Positions 1-10,902 of a DNA stretch of 64,000 nucleotides are shown in pieces. The notes below the pieces were generated by a model. It did no database searches. It was not told the DNA's origin and saw only the letters and a list, made by a program, of their open reading frames with translations. The first letter of the stretch is position 1, and each line of letters begins with the position of its first letter. The DNA is from Planctomycetota bacterium. GTDB taxonomy: Bacteria > Planctomycetota > UBA8108 > SXIK01. A program made the position numbers and the translations under genes. The DNA lies in NCBI GenBank assembly GCA_965223845.1, contig CBDCXR010000004.1, forward strand, positions 7,328,001 to 7,392,000. Reading direction: 5' to 3'.

Positions 1-558
1 TTGAGCTCGAAGGCGTTCGACAACCGCGCCGGAGTCGGTCTCGTGTGCGAGACGATGCGCTCGCTCGCCGAGCGCGACCACCCGAACACGGTCGTCGGGA
101 TCACCGCCGTGCAGGAGGAAGTCGGGTGCCGCGGCGCGAAGACCGCGAGCGCCGTCGCGTCTCCCGACGCCGCGATCGTCCTCGAAGGAACTCCGGCCGA
201 CGATCTGCCCGGCTTCGCCCCCCGGCAGGGAGTGCTGCGCGGCGGGCCCCAGGTGCGCCTCTTCGATCCGACAGCGATCGGAAGCCGACGTCTCGTCCGG
301 CTGGTCGAAGAGACGGCGGCGGCCGAGGAGATTCCGATTCAGCTCGCCGTTCGGCGGAGCGGAGGAACGGACGCGAAGTCGATCCACACGCACGACCGCG
401 GAGTGCCGACCGTCGTGGTCGCCGTTCCCGCCCGGTACATCCACACGTCGGTCTCCGTGATCCACTGGGACGACTACACCGCCGCACACCGGCTCGTCCT
501 CGCCCTGATCGATCGCCTCGATGCCGCGGCGGTCGCGGAGCTGACGCGCTTCGAGTGA
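1..558 (+). CDS. M42 family aminopeptidase, C-terminal part (5' truncated by window)
   Basis: KAFDNRAG, QEEVGCRGA, GGTDA and RYIH metal-binding motifs of M42 peptidases. Confidence 0.85.
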   Translation: MSSKAFDNRAGVGLVCETMRSLAERDHPNTVVGITAVQEEVGCRGAKTASAVASPDAAIVLEGTPADDLPGFAPRQGVLRGGPQVRLFDPTAIGSRRLVRLVEETAAAEEIPIQLAVRRSGGTDAKSIHTHDRGVPTVVVAVPARYIHTSVSVIHWDDYTAAHRLVLALIDRLDAAAVAELTRFE

Positions 559-711
559 AGCCGGCGCGGTCGCGTCGAGGTCGTGGATCCGTTGCAAATC
601 GACCGGAGACGCCGCATGCTCTGAGTGGTGCAGCGAGGCGCCGCCGGCGGTCCGCAGTGCTTCTGCGGGCGACGAGCGGCGCGGTGGGCCCAGAAACGAG
701 TTCGGACGCCG

Positions 712-1560
712 ATGCGAATGCGACGACCCGATTTCTTGTGGGGGGCGGTCCTCGCGGGGAGTACTCTTCTCTCCGGGTGTGACGGCGCATCGTCTCCGGC
801 GCCGAGAAACGGAACATCCGGCGCCGGTGCGCCATCGGGAGGGTCCTCGGGCACCGTGAACGAGGCATTCACCGCGGCTCGCGATCGATTGGTGGACGCG
901 CTCGCTCCGAGCATTCGGAGCGAAGCCGTGCTCGCGGCTATGCGTGAAATCCCGCGGCACGAGTTCGTTCCCGAGGACGTGCGCTCGAGGAGCTACCACG
1001 ACGAACCGCTCCCGATCGGAGAGGGTCAGACGATCTCACAGCCGGCGCTGGTCGCGCTCATGAGCGAGCTTCTCGAGCTCGACGGAAGCGAAACCGTACT
1101 CGAGGTCGGGACGGGTTCCGGCTACCAAGCGGCGATCCTCGCGCAGCTCGCGGCGAAGGTCTACACGATCGAGATTCTCCCGACTCTCTCCCAGCGAGCG
1201 CAGAGCGTGATCCGCAGCCTGAGCGATCGTGGTGTTCTCGACGCTACGAAGATCGAGTTCATCGTCGGCGACGGGTCGAAGGGCCATCCGGCCGCGGCGC
1301 CCTACGACGCGATCATCGTAACGGCCGCGCCGACCAAGGTGCCGGATGCGCTGCTCGATCAGCTTCGACCGGGTGGTCGGCTCGTGATTCCCGTCGGGGA
1401 CTACTACCAAGAGCTGCGCCTCATCACGAAGGCGGAGAGCGGCGAGGTCGAGGAATCCTCGCTCAAGCTCGTGCGCTTCGTCCGTCTCGTCGGCGAAGGC
1501 GAGGGCGACCCGGGAGACGCGAGCCCGAGCCCGAATCCGGCTCCAGCGAACGACGAGTGA
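712..1560 (+). CDS. pcm: Protein-L-isoaspartate O-methyltransferase with N-terminal lipoprotein-like signal
   Basis: GQTISQP, VLEVGTGSGYQAA, YDAIIVTAA, GGRLVIPVG motifs; N-terminus ends in LSGC lipobox; ATG 712 chosen as start (718 possible). Confidence 0.9.
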   Translation: MRMRRPDFLWGAVLAGSTLLSGCDGASSPAPRNGTSGAGAPSGGSSGTVNEAFTAARDRLVDALAPSIRSEAVLAAMREIPRHEFVPEDVRSRSYHDEPLPIGEGQTISQPALVALMSELLELDGSETVLEVGTGSGYQAAILAQLAAKVYTIEILPTLSQRAQSVIRSLSDRGVLDATKIEFIVGDGSKGHPAAAPYDAIIVTAAPTKVPDALLDQLRPGGRLVIPVGDYYQELRLITKAESGEVEESSLKLVRFVRLVGEGEGDPGDASPSPNPAPANDE

Positions 1561-1590
1561 TGTCGCATCGGCCGCCGCGTGCGGCCGAGC

Positions 1591-2676
1591 TCACCGCTCC
1601 TCTACGAACCGTGCGATCGCGGTGTTGATCTGCTCGGTCTCAATGAGAAAAGCGTCGTGACCGTGAATCGACTTGAGGATCGTGAGTCGGCTGGATTTTC
1701 CCGCCCTCTGGAGTGCGTCGTCCACTTCGCGCATGTGCTCGACGGGGCAGAGAAAGTCGGTCTCGACGGCGAGAAGGAGAACGCGCGCCGTAACGCGCGC
1801 TGCCGCCGCGTCGAGAGAGCCGAACTCCGTGCTGAGGTCGAAGAGATCCATCGCGCGCGAAAAATAGAGATACGTGTTCGCGTCGAATCGGTCGACGAGC
1901 TTCCGTCCCTGGTGGTTGAGGTACGACTGCACCTCGAACAGTCCGCGCAGAAAATGGGGGTCATCATTGCGCACCGCTCGGCCGAAGCGCTCGTCGAACT
2001 CGGGAGAGGAGCGGTACGTGATCATCCCGAGCTTCCGGGCGAGCGCGAGCCCGTCCGCGGGCGGGGGACCGCCGTAGTAGTCGCCGCCGCGCCAGTTCGG
2101 GTCCAGTTGGATCGCTTCGCGCTGCACCGCGCGGAGGGCGATCGCCTGCGGGAACGAGCGTCCCGGCGAAACGAGGGCGATGCACTCGCGCACTTCGTCC
2201 GGGTAGCGCGCGGCCCACTCGAGCCCCATCATTCCGCCCATCGATCCGCCGATCAGCGTGACCGGGCTCGCGATTCCGTTCGCGCGTAGGAACTCGCGGT
2301 GCGCCTCGATCATGTCGGCGATCGTGATCGCGGGAAACTCCGTCCCGAATGGCCGCCCGCGCGCGGGATCGATCGAGCTCGGGCCGGTGCTGCCGTTGCA
2401 TCCGCCGAGAAGATTCGTGCAGACGATGAAGTGCTCGCGCGGTGTGAGCGGAGCGTCGTCCACGAAGAGCTGCTCCCACCAGCCGGGGAGCGGATCTTCC
2501 GCGCTGCTCCGCGCGTGGCTGCTTCCCGAAAGCGCGTGGAGAACGAGAACCGGCGCGTTGCCCGAGTCGCCCCAAGCTTCGTAGGCGATCGTGAGCTCGG
2601 GGATCGACTCGCCGGATCGAAACGAGAATCCCTGCGTCGATTTCCAGCGGAGAGCAGGAATGCGGGGCCCGGCCAT
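1591..2676 (-). CDS. metX: Homoserine O-acetyltransferase
   Basis: HALSG, GGSMGG nucleophile elbow, HGHDAFL catalytic His; ATG 2676 with GAGGA upstream. Confidence 0.9.
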   Translation of the reverse strand: MAGPRIPALRWKSTQGFSFRSGESIPELTIAYEAWGDSGNAPVLVLHALSGSSHARSSAEDPLPGWWEQLFVDDAPLTPREHFIVCTNLLGGCNGSTGPSSIDPARGRPFGTEFPAITIADMIEAHREFLRANGIASPVTLIGGSMGGMMGLEWAARYPDEVRECIALVSPGRSFPQAIALRAVQREAIQLDPNWRGGDYYGGPPPADGLALARKLGMITYRSSPEFDERFGRAVRNDDPHFLRGLFEVQSYLNHQGRKLVDRFDANTYLYFSRAMDLFDLSTEFGSLDAAAARVTARVLLLAVETDFLCPVEHMREVDDALQRAGKSSRLTILKSIHGHDAFLIETEQINTAIARFVEER

Positions 2677-3086
2677 GCGGTAGTGTCCTCGGAAAGTTGC
2701 CGGTCGTTCGACGCGAAGTCCGCGCGGCCGCCGGAGCGCGCGAGTCGGCTGATATGCCTTCTCGTCGGTCAAATTGCAAAAAAAGTATTGCCCGAACCCG
2801 TCGCCGGAGGGTACCTCGGACGCGCCAATCCGGAGCGTTAGCCCGCAGTTCTCACCAAATTCGGTGAGCGCCGCGGGGAGACGCCGTGAGGCAGGAACGT
2901 ACGACGGCGACGCATCCGATGCTCAGTTCTCGCTCTTCGGTGTCGTAGTAGAATCTGGTGAGAATCGCCGGTGAGCGCTCGCGGCGCACCGCAGAGAGCC
3001 CTCGCCGTCGCTCCTGCGTGGGTGCGCCGCGTTCGGTCCATCCGCGGCGCGAAGAGTTGCCGAGACGAGTTGTCGAGTGGAGTGAC

Positions 3087-3899
3087 GTGCGCAGCGAGTA
3101 TCGAAGCGTCGACGGGGCATGGATCCATGAGCGGGCGCGGATCGCCGAGGACGTCGTCGTCGAGCCGGGTGCGCTCATCGGCGCGGATGTCGAAATCGGA
3201 CCCGAGTGCTGGATCGGTTGCGGGGCGGTGATCTACGGTCCGACTCGCATCGGCGCGAAGAACCAGATCTACCCGTCGGTCGTCCTCGGTGGGGCGCCGC
3301 AGGATATCGGCTACGCCGGTGAGCCGACTCGGCTCGAGATCGGCGAGCGGAACGTGTTCCGCGAGGGAGTGACGGCGCACCGCGCGTCGACGAAGGACGA
3401 CGGCGTGACGCGGATCGGGAGCGACAACTTCTTGATGGCGTACACGCACGTCGGTCACGACGCCATCGTCGAGGATCACATCATCACCGCGAACGGTTGT
3501 CTGATCGCCGGTCACTGTCACGTGCAATCGCACGCGAACTTTTCCGGCGGCACGGCGGTGATGCAGTACGTCACCGTCGGCCGGTACGCGTTTCTCGGGG
3601 CGATGTCCGGATCGAGGACGGATCTCGAGCCGTTTCTCTGTCACGACATGCAGAAGTCGGTCGCATCCGCGCCGCAATCGGTGAACGTCGTCGGCCTCCG
3701 TCGCGCCGGATTCGCGGCGGAAGTCATTCAAAACCTCCGCACGGCGTATAAGGTCCTTTACGTGAAGGACGGGAAAGCGCGCCTTGAGGAAGCGCGCGCC
3801 GAGATCGAGCGGCGCGGTGCGATGTGCGCAGAGGTCGACGAGCTCCTTCGCTTCGTCGCGGCGAAGCGCGAGTCTCGGCTCGGTCGTCAGCGCGGATAG
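3087..3899 (+). CDS. lpxA: Acyl-ACP--UDP-N-acetylglucosamine O-acyltransferase
   Basis: Hexapeptide repeats, GGAPQD, REGVTAHR, HVGHD, NVVGLRRAGF; GTG start after GGAG. Confidence 0.9.
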   Translation: MRSEYRSVDGAWIHERARIAEDVVVEPGALIGADVEIGPECWIGCGAVIYGPTRIGAKNQIYPSVVLGGAPQDIGYAGEPTRLEIGERNVFREGVTAHRASTKDDGVTRIGSDNFLMAYTHVGHDAIVEDHIITANGCLIAGHCHVQSHANFSGGTAVMQYVTVGRYAFLGAMSGSRTDLEPFLCHDMQKSVASAPQSVNVVGLRRAGFAAEVIQNLRTAYKVLYVKDGKARLEEARAEIERRGAMCAEVDELLRFVAAKRESRLGRQRG

Positions 3900-3965
3900 C
3901 TCCGGGAACCGATCGTCTCTTCGCGGTTCGCACCCGCCCCGAACGCTGCGCGGTCCGACCTCGAC

Positions 3966-5330
3966 TCACTCCGTGCGCGGTCGCCGCCGCCTTCCTCCCC
4001 GACGCCGTCTGCGTCGGCGCGGCTTCTCTGAATCTTCGGCCGCGCCAGTCTCTCCGGCAGATGCGCGCTGGCCCTCGCCGGCGGCTCGCGGCGGTCGATC
4101 GTCCCACGCCGAGTACGGCACGGGCGGAGGCGCGACCTCGCGCCACCGTTCGACGAGTTCGGTCGACTTTCCCTCGGCAGCGAGGGCGATCTCGAGAAAG
4201 TCGAGCGCTTCGGAGAGGTACTCCTTGTGCGCGAGGCGGGAGAAGAGCTTTCCGCGCTCGAGGCTCTGCCGGAGGCGGCGGTGGTGGAGCGCGATCTGAG
4301 TCATTCGATCTGCGTCGCGGCGCGCGATGCGAACGACGCGCGTCAGCTCGCGTAGATTGCGCAGCATGAAGTTCTGCGCATCGGGGGGATTCGGCCGTTC
4401 GCCGCTCCACCAGGCCGGGTCGGGCAGGATGATGCTGTGAAATGCCGCGGAAAGAAGGACCGGGGTGGTGTACGTCGCACCGCTCCAGATGAGCTTGTCG
4501 AGCGCGCGGAGGCGCCCCCACAGCGGGTGCTGTTCTCCCTGCTGCCGTAGCTGCACCGCGAGAGGGGGAAAGAGCGCGTCCGCGAGACCGCTCGAGGCGA
4601 TGAGACGGTAGTAGGGCTCGGCCGCGCCGCTCCGGAGATCCTTCAGCGTTTCTTCGAGGAGACGCGATGGATTCGCGTCGGCGATGATCGAGCGGTGCTC
4701 CTCGATCGCATCCCACGTCTCGGCGTCGACCTCGAAACCGAGTCGTGCGGCGTGGCGCTGGGCGCGGATCATCCGCACCGGATCTTCGGCGAAGCTCTCG
4801 CCGGGCGGGTTGATCATTCGGATGATCCCCGCGCGTAGGTCCTCGACGCCCCCTACGTAGTCGATCACCGAGAAGGTCTTCGCGTCGTAGAAGAGACCGT
4901 TGATCGTCAAATCGCGCCGGAGCGCGTCTTCTTCAGCGGAGCCGTACTCGTTGTCGTCGAGCATCGTTTTCCCGCCTCGGCCGACGACGGAGCGCTGAAC
5001 CCCGCGGCGAAACGTTGCGACTTCGATGACCTTGTCGCCGGGAAAGGTCACGTGGGCGATCTTGAATCGCCGGCCGACGACGCGGCAGTTGCGGAACATC
5101 TTGCGCACTCGGGACGGGCGCGCCGCCGTCGCGAGGTCGAAGTCCTTCGGGGTCTTCTCGAGGAAGAGGTCGCGGACTCCGCCGCCGACTAAATAGGATT
5201 CGTACGTCGAATCGACGAGTCGATAGAGGACCCGGAGCGCGTCGTCGTCGATGTTCTGCCGCGAGATCGAGTGCTCAGACCGCGGAAGGACTAGGGGCGA
5301 ACGGTGACCAGGGGAGAGATCGATCGGCAC
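3966..5330 (-). CDS. pcnB: Poly(A) polymerase I
   Basis: LVGGGVRD, PKDFDLAT, VVGRRFKIAHV (PAP-specific), RRDLTING, EDPVRMIRA; Arg-rich C-terminal tail. Confidence 0.9.
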   Translation of the reverse strand: MPIDLSPGHRSPLVLPRSEHSISRQNIDDDALRVLYRLVDSTYESYLVGGGVRDLFLEKTPKDFDLATAARPSRVRKMFRNCRVVGRRFKIAHVTFPGDKVIEVATFRRGVQRSVVGRGGKTMLDDNEYGSAEEDALRRDLTINGLFYDAKTFSVIDYVGGVEDLRAGIIRMINPPGESFAEDPVRMIRAQRHAARLGFEVDAETWDAIEEHRSIIADANPSRLLEETLKDLRSGAAEPYYRLIASSGLADALFPPLAVQLRQQGEQHPLWGRLRALDKLIWSGATYTTPVLLSAAFHSIILPDPAWWSGERPNPPDAQNFMLRNLRELTRVVRIARRDADRMTQIALHHRRLRQSLERGKLFSRLAHKEYLSEALDFLEIALAAEGKSTELVERWREVAPPPVPYSAWDDRPPRAAGEGQRASAGETGAAEDSEKPRRRRRRRGGRRRRPRTE

Positions 5331-5784
5331 CGGATTCTACGGCGTTCGCGGACCCCGCCGGACGTCGCGGGAGAGCGAGCGGCGGGGGCAGGCTGTGGTA
5401 GCGAGATGATCGGACGGGGAGGAGTCGCCGGAGAGCCCGCTGGCGAGCCGCCCCGGTTCGACCGCGCCCGAGTGACGAGAACAGAACGCGCGGAAGGAAA
5501 CGCACCCGAGCCCGACGTGCGCAGTGCTTCGAAGCGTTCCGGCCGGCCGGACTGGTCGCGCGCCGGGCGCACACGCCGACGGACAAGCGTAAGCGTTGTA
5601 ATGGGCGTATGTTAACCGAGCTCCCCGGAGAACTCAAGGGGCGCGAGACGCGGGTGCGCCGTTCGAGAGGGGGAGCGGACCGGCCGCCGTCCCAGCGCGC
5701 GCCGGCGCGCCGGGTCTCGCCTATCCTAAGCTCCTGAAAGACTTTGCCGGTTGTTAGCGTGTTTTTCAAAAACGCCCTTGGTGA

Positions 5785-5833
5785 CCGCAAGATCTTGTAG
5801 TATGGTGCTCTGGCCTTTCGCAATATGTAGTGG
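5785..5833 (+). promoter_or_regulatory. Tandem NrdR boxes
   Basis: CCGCAAGATCTTGTAG (5785-5800) and TCGCAATATGTAGTGG (5818-5833) match the acaCwAtATaTwGtgt consensus core, with starts 33 bp apart; next clear + strand gene is nrdJ. Confidence 0.7.
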
Positions 5834-7261
5834 GTCGACCGCTGGTGGCCTTCACTGAACGACCTTTTCGCCCGGTTCCGCGCGGCGGGTGGCGTCCCCC
5901 AAATCGAGGACGGCACAGCCGTTAAGGGCACGGGAAGGGGGTCGGTGGAGCGCGGTCGCGGAGGGCTGGTGGTGCGCGCGCGGCGCGAGTCGCGCGCGTT
6001 CGGTGTGAGGAGACGGCAGCAAACATCAGGGATCCACCTCCGGCTGGCTCGAGGCCGGTCGGGTGAGGTCGATCGGCTGGGGAGAGCTGAGCGGTCGGTC
6101 TCACGATGGAAGTGATCGATCCGCGCCCGGGGTTGTGATCCGACGGGTGGGATCAGAGAGAGTGAAGGGAGAACAAGATCCGAGGACAATTCGGTTCCGA
6201 TCGGAACGCGACGCTCGAGGACCTGCGACCTCGAATCCACGGATTTGATTCATGGTCGTGGCGGGAGAGCAGGCGAATCGCGCGAACGACGACGACGGCG
6301 GCGGCCTCGAGAGAGCGGTGGTGATCCAGCCACTGGACTGAACGAGCGCTGCGCCGGATGCCGGTGATGACCGCTGTGGGTATAGTCCGATTCGGGGACG
6401 AGACATCGTTTCCGAACACGGCTCCGATTCTCGGTGTGTTGTCCGCGGCGGAAACTCGCGGTCTCGGACGCTGCCCCGGTCTCGTGTGAGCCGAGTCGAG
6501 GACGCGTGTACGGGTGGCGCCCCGGCGGTGTCACGCGTTGCGATCGAGGTCTCGCCGCGTTCGGACGGGGACGATCTCGGATTCGGTTGGAGGTCGAGCG
6601 GTCCGGCGGCGAAAACGGCGCCTCGATCGCGGCCGTCGAATCGAGTTCGGTCCGACGTATAGGGATTCCAGAGCGACCGGCAGCGATCGCTCGATCTCAT
6701 CCGCGAGTGTTCGCGGTGCGGTGGAAGATCTGGACGTCGACGAATTGAGCCTCCGAAACACTTGGTATTGAATGAGCGGGAGTTCGCGAGCGCGGACTCC
6801 TGCTGGGTTGGGAATCTCGAGATTCGGCGGTCGAGGGCTCCGGACGCGAGGCGTTCGCGTCGAGAGCTTCCGCCCGAGGAATCGAACTCCCCGTGAACGA
6901 ATCGAACTGGCGCGACCGCGGGTCGCGCGAATCCGAAAGATTGCATCCATTTTGAAGATATCGGTTGCACCCTCACTCCAGACCGACCGCCTCCGACGCC
7001 GTTGGGTCCGACGCGTCGGGTCGCGAACCGACGCCGGAGCGGTGGAACGGCCGGAAGCGAACGGGCCGTACCCGCGGGGCGCGAACGAGAGGGTGATCTC
7101 GCCTCCGGAGCGATCCATCGACGGGGTCGTTCCGTTCTCGCGCGGTCTCGAACGGGATCGCCAGCGCCCGCGATCCGAGAGGAGCGGCGCGGTCTCCGCG
7201 AGCAAGTCTCGCACCGAACGATTTCGAGAATCATGAAACAGAGAGAGTGGAGAAAAACCAT

Positions 7262-10200
7262 ATGACGTTCGATGGGAAGAGCGACCCCAGCGCGGCGTTC
7301 GGCGCGGAGCCGACCGGCGGCGGCGACGGTGGATCCGGCGGGCGGAGTTCGAGTCGCGGGAACGGCAACGGGCACGTCGCCGACGTGAAGCTCGGTGGGA
7401 TCGAAACTCTGCGACCGGGAGTCGGAACCGAAGGGCCGGGCGGGCTCGCCATTTCTCGCCGATTCACGAAAACGGCCGACGGCATCACCCTCGATCCGTA
7501 CGAGTCGCTCGCGTGGGAAAAGCGTTCGTCGGCGATCCGCGGCTCCGACGGCAAGGTCGTCTTCGAAATGACGGACGTCGAGATCCCCGCGGATTGGTCG
7601 ACGGTCGCGGGCGACATTATGGCGTCGAAGTACATGAGGAAGGCCGGGGTGCCGCAGTACGACGAGAACGGCCGTCCGGTGCTCGACGCCGACGGTCGTC
7701 CGGTGAAGGGACCCGAGAAGAGCACGCGGCAGGTTGTGAAGCGTCTCGTCGAGTGCTGGCGGCACTGGGGCGAGCAGTACGGCTACTTCGCGACGGAGGC
7801 GGACGCCGACGCCTTCCGCGATGAGCTCGCGTACATGCTGCTCCATCAGATGACGGCGCCGAATTCGCCGCAGTGGTTCAACACCGGGCTCCAGCTCGCC
7901 TACGGACTCACCGGGCCGGCGCAAGGGCACTACTTCGTCGATCCCGTAACGGAGAAGGTCGAAAAGTCGACCGATGCCTACTCGCGCCCGCAGCCGCACG
8001 CCTGCTTCATCCAGTCGGTCAGCGACGACCTCGTGAACGAGGGCGGCATCATGGATCTTTGGACGCGCGAAGCGCGTCTCTTCAAGTACGGATCCGGGAC
8101 CGGGACGAACTTTTCTCGCATCCGCGGCGAAGGCGAGGCTCTCGCGGGCGGAGGGTTCTCGTCGGGATTGATGTCGTTCCTCAAGATCGGCGATCGCGCC
8201 GCCGGCGCGATCAAAAGCGGCGGGACGACGCGGCGCGCCGCGAAGATGGTCTGCCTCGACATCGACCATCCCGACATCGAGGCGTTCATCAACTGGAAGG
8301 CGGAAGAAGAGCGCAAGGTCCAAGCACTCATCGACGCCGGGTACTCGTCGGACTTCAACGGCGATGCGTACGCGACGGTTTCCGGGCAAAACTCGAACAA
8401 CAGCGTCCGCGTCACGCAGGAGTTCCTCGAGGCGGTGCTCGCGGCGAAGCCGTGGGAGCTGATCCGCCGGACCGACGGCGACACGGCGAAGACCGTCGAG
8501 GCGCGTTCGCTCTGGGATCAGATCGCGAAGGCCGCGTGGCGCTGCGCGGATCCCGGTCTTCAGTACGACACGACGATCAACGACTGGCACACCTGCCCCG
8601 CTGGCGGCCGTATCAACGCGTCGAATCCGTGCTCGGAGTACATGTTTCTCGATGATACGGCGTGTAATCTCGCGTCCATCAACCTCGTCAAGTTCTACGA
8701 CGCGGACTCGCGCACGTTCGACCTCGACGGGTTCCGCCACGCGGTTCGACTTTGGACGATCGTCCTCGAGATCAGCGTGCTCATGGCGCAGTACCCGAGT
8801 CAGCGGATCGCCGAGCTCAGCTACGAGTACCGTACGCTCGGTCTCGGCTACGCGAACCTCGGCACGCTCCTGATGCTGACCGGGATCTCCTACGACAGCG
8901 AGGAGGGACGCGCGATCGCTGGTGCGCTGACGGCGATCCTCACCGGCGAAAGCTACTCGGCGTCCGCGGAGATGGCGCGGGGGCTCGGGCCGTTCCCGCG
9001 TTTCGAGGAGAACCGCGACGCGATGCTGCGGGTCGTCCGAAACCATCGCCGGGCCGCCTATGCTGCGGCGGATACGGAGTACGAGAACCTATCGGTCGCG
9101 CCGCAGGCCATCGAGCCGGAGCTCTGTCCGCCGAATCTCTTGCGGGCGGCGCGCGAGTCGTGGGATCGCGCGCTTCGCCTCGGGGAGCAGCACGGCTACC
9201 GGAACGCGCAGGCGACGGTCATCGCGCCGACCGGAACGATCGGTCTCCTCATGGACTGCGACACGACCGGGATCGAGCCGGACTTCGCGCTCGTCAAGTT
9301 CAAGAAGCTCGCCGGCGGCGGGTTCTTCAAGATCGCGAATCGGTCGGTCGAGCCGGCGCTTCGCGCGCTCGGATACGACGACGCGGAGCGCGCCGAGATC
9401 CTCGCGTATCTGGTCGGCACCAACCGCCTCGAGGGAGCGCCGCACATTCATCCCGCGTCGCTCACCGAGCGTGGTCTCACTCCGGACGAGATCGCGAAGG
9501 TCGAGGAGGTTCTCCCGAGTGTATTCGATCTCGGCTCGGCGTTTTCCACGTGGGTCGTCGGCGAGGAATGCCTCGCGCGTCTCGGCATCGAGAAAGCGAT
9601 CTACGAGCAGCCGGGCTTCCACCTCCTCGAGACTCTCGGGTACTCGGCGGCTGAGATCGCCGAGGCGAACGATCACGTCTGCGGTCGGCACACCCTCGAG
9701 GGTGCGCCGCAGCTCGCCGAAGGGCACCTCCCGGTCTTCGACTGCGCGAATCGTTGCGGTCGAATCGGGAAACGGTACATCGCGCCGAACGGACACCTCC
9801 GGATGATGGCCGCGGCGCAGCCGTTCATCAGCGGTGCGATCTCGAAGACGATCAACATGCCGCACGAGACGAGCGTCGAAGAGATCGCCGAAGCCTACAT
9901 GGACAGCTGGAAGCTCGGCATTAAAGCGACGGCGCTCTACCGCGACGGCTGCAAGCTGTCGCAGCCGCTCTCGACGCGTTCGGATCAAGAAAAATCCGAC
10001 GGTGCATCGGATGCCGATGCCGCCGCGTCGGCGACGACTCCCGAGCGACGTGAGATCCGGCGGCTGCTGCCCTCGAAACGTCGCGGGTTCACGCAGGAGG
10101 CGCGCGTCGGCGGCCACAAGATCTACCTTCGCACCGGTGAATACGAAGATCGCTCGCTCGGCGAGATCTTCATCGACATGCACCGGGAGGGCGCGAGCTT

Positions 10201-10723
10201 CCGCGCACTGATGAACTGCTTCGCGATCGCGGTCTCGAAGGGTCTTCAGTACGGCGTGCCGCTCGAAGAGTTCGTCGACACGTTCACGTTCACGCGTTTC
10301 GCGCCGCACGGTCAGGTGAAGGACCATCCGAACATCCGGATGGCGACGTCCGTCGTCGACTACATCTTCCGCGTGCTCGGGCTCGAGTACCTCGGGCGCG
10401 AAGACCTGGTGCACGTGAAGCCGAGCGACCTGCCGCCGCCGGCGGACTCGGCTCCCGCGGCTCCGCTCGAGACGACGCCGAAGGCCGCGAGCGTCGCTCC
10501 CGCAAAGCCGGCTCCGCCGCCGAGCGAGACCGCAGCCGCGCCGAGCGCGGAACCGGCGGCCGGCGAAGGCTCTCCCGACGGCGCACTCCAGCACTACGGC
10601 GACGAGCAGCTCGCCGGGATGATGGGGGACGCCCCGGCGTGCAGCAACTGCGGGCACACGACGATCCGGAGTGGGTCGTGCTATCGGTGCATCTTCTGCG
10701 GCGAGTCCCAGGGTTGTAGCTGA
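7262..10723 (+). CDS. nrdJ: Vitamin B12-dependent (class II) ribonucleotide reductase
   Basis: [46 protein letters not shown]; C-terminal TSCPD-like domain and CxxC...CxxC ribbon; ATG 7262 after GGAG. Confidence 0.95.
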   Translation: MTFDGKSDPSAAFGAEPTGGGDGGSGGRSSSRGNGNGHVADVKLGGIETLRPGVGTEGPGGLAISRRFTKTADGITLDPYESLAWEKRSSAIRGSDGKVVFEMTDVEIPADWSTVAGDIMASKYMRKAGVPQYDENGRPVLDADGRPVKGPEKSTRQVVKRLVECWRHWGEQYGYFATEADADAFRDELAYMLLHQMTAPNSPQWFNTGLQLAYGLTGPAQGHYFVDPVTEKVEKSTDAYSRPQPHACFIQSVSDDLVNEGGIMDLWTREARLFKYGSGTGTNFSRIRGEGEALAGGGFSSGLMSFLKIGDRAAGAIKSGGTTRRAAKMVCLDIDHPDIEAFINWKAEEERKVQALIDAGYSSDFNGDAYATVSGQNSNNSVRVTQEFLEAVLAAKPWELIRRTDGDTAKTVEARSLWDQIAKAAWRCADPGLQYDTTINDWHTCPAGGRINASNPCSEYMFLDDTACNLASINLVKFYDADSRTFDLDGFRHAVRLWTIVLEISVLMAQYPSQRIAELSYEYRTLGLGYANLGTLLMLTGISYDSEEGRAIAGALTAILTGESYSASAEMARGLGPFPRFEENRDAMLRVVRNHRRAAYAAADTEYENLSVAPQAIEPELCPPNLLRAARESWDRALRLGEQHGYRNAQATVIAPTGTIGLLMDCDTTGIEPDFALVKFKKLAGGGFFKIANRSVEPALRALGYDDAERAEILAYLVGTNRLEGAPHIHPASLTERGLTPDEIAKVEEVLPSVFDLGSAFSTWVVGEECLARLGIEKAIYEQPGFHLLETLGYSAAEIAEANDHVCGRHTLEGAPQLAEGHLPVFDCANRCGRIGKRYIAPNGHLRMMAAAQPFISGAISKTINMPHETSVEEIAEAYMDSWKLGIKATALYRDGCKLSQPLSTRSDQEKSDGASDADAAASATTPERREIRRLLPSKRRGFTQEARVGGHKIYLRTGEYEDRSLGEIFIDMHREGASFRALMNCFAIAVSKGLQYGVPLEEFVDTFTFTRFAPHGQVKDHPNIRMATSVVDYIFRVLGLEYLGREDLVHVKPSDLPPPADSAPAAPLETTPKAASVAPAKPAPPPSETAAAPSAEPAAGEGSPDGALQHYGDEQLAGMMGDAPACSNCGHTTIRSGSCYRCIFCGESQGCS

Positions 10724-10749
10724 GCGCCGGCGAAGAGCGTTCGGACGGA

Positions 10750-10793
10750 CGGGAACGAAGGCGCGAGCCGCGAGGCGCGCGCCTTCGTTCCCG
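10750..10793. terminator. Hairpin between convergent genes (possible bidirectional terminator)
   Basis: CGGGAACGAAGGCGCG ... CGCGCCTTCGTTCCCG inverted repeat just after the nrdJ stop; no U-tract. Confidence 0.6.
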
Positions 10794-10902
10794 CTAGACC
10801 GCTCCCCTCACCAGAATCCGTGAGCGCGGCCGCGAGCCGCCGCAGCGCGGGAACTAGCACCGAGGCGGCGCCGAACTGCCCGGTGAGAAAGGCGAGCTAG
10901 CG

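Noticed and set aside
2677-2960. SAM riboswitch upstream of metX
   Set aside because: No ATCxAGAG...GGCAACC...GTGCxAA pattern on the minus strand.
5900-7260. Cobalamin riboswitch upstream of nrdJ
   Set aside because: A GGGAA run occurs near 5932 but the GCCCCCGCAACTGT core and B12 box were not found.
6101-10657. Long minus-strand ORFs (981 aa, 522 aa) and similar Arg-rich ORFs across the window
   Set aside because: Shadow frames of real genes in high-GC DNA, with no motifs.
7262-10723. Intein in NrdJ
   Set aside because: The NPCSEY active-site motif is contiguous and no intein boundary or LAGLIDADG motif is seen.
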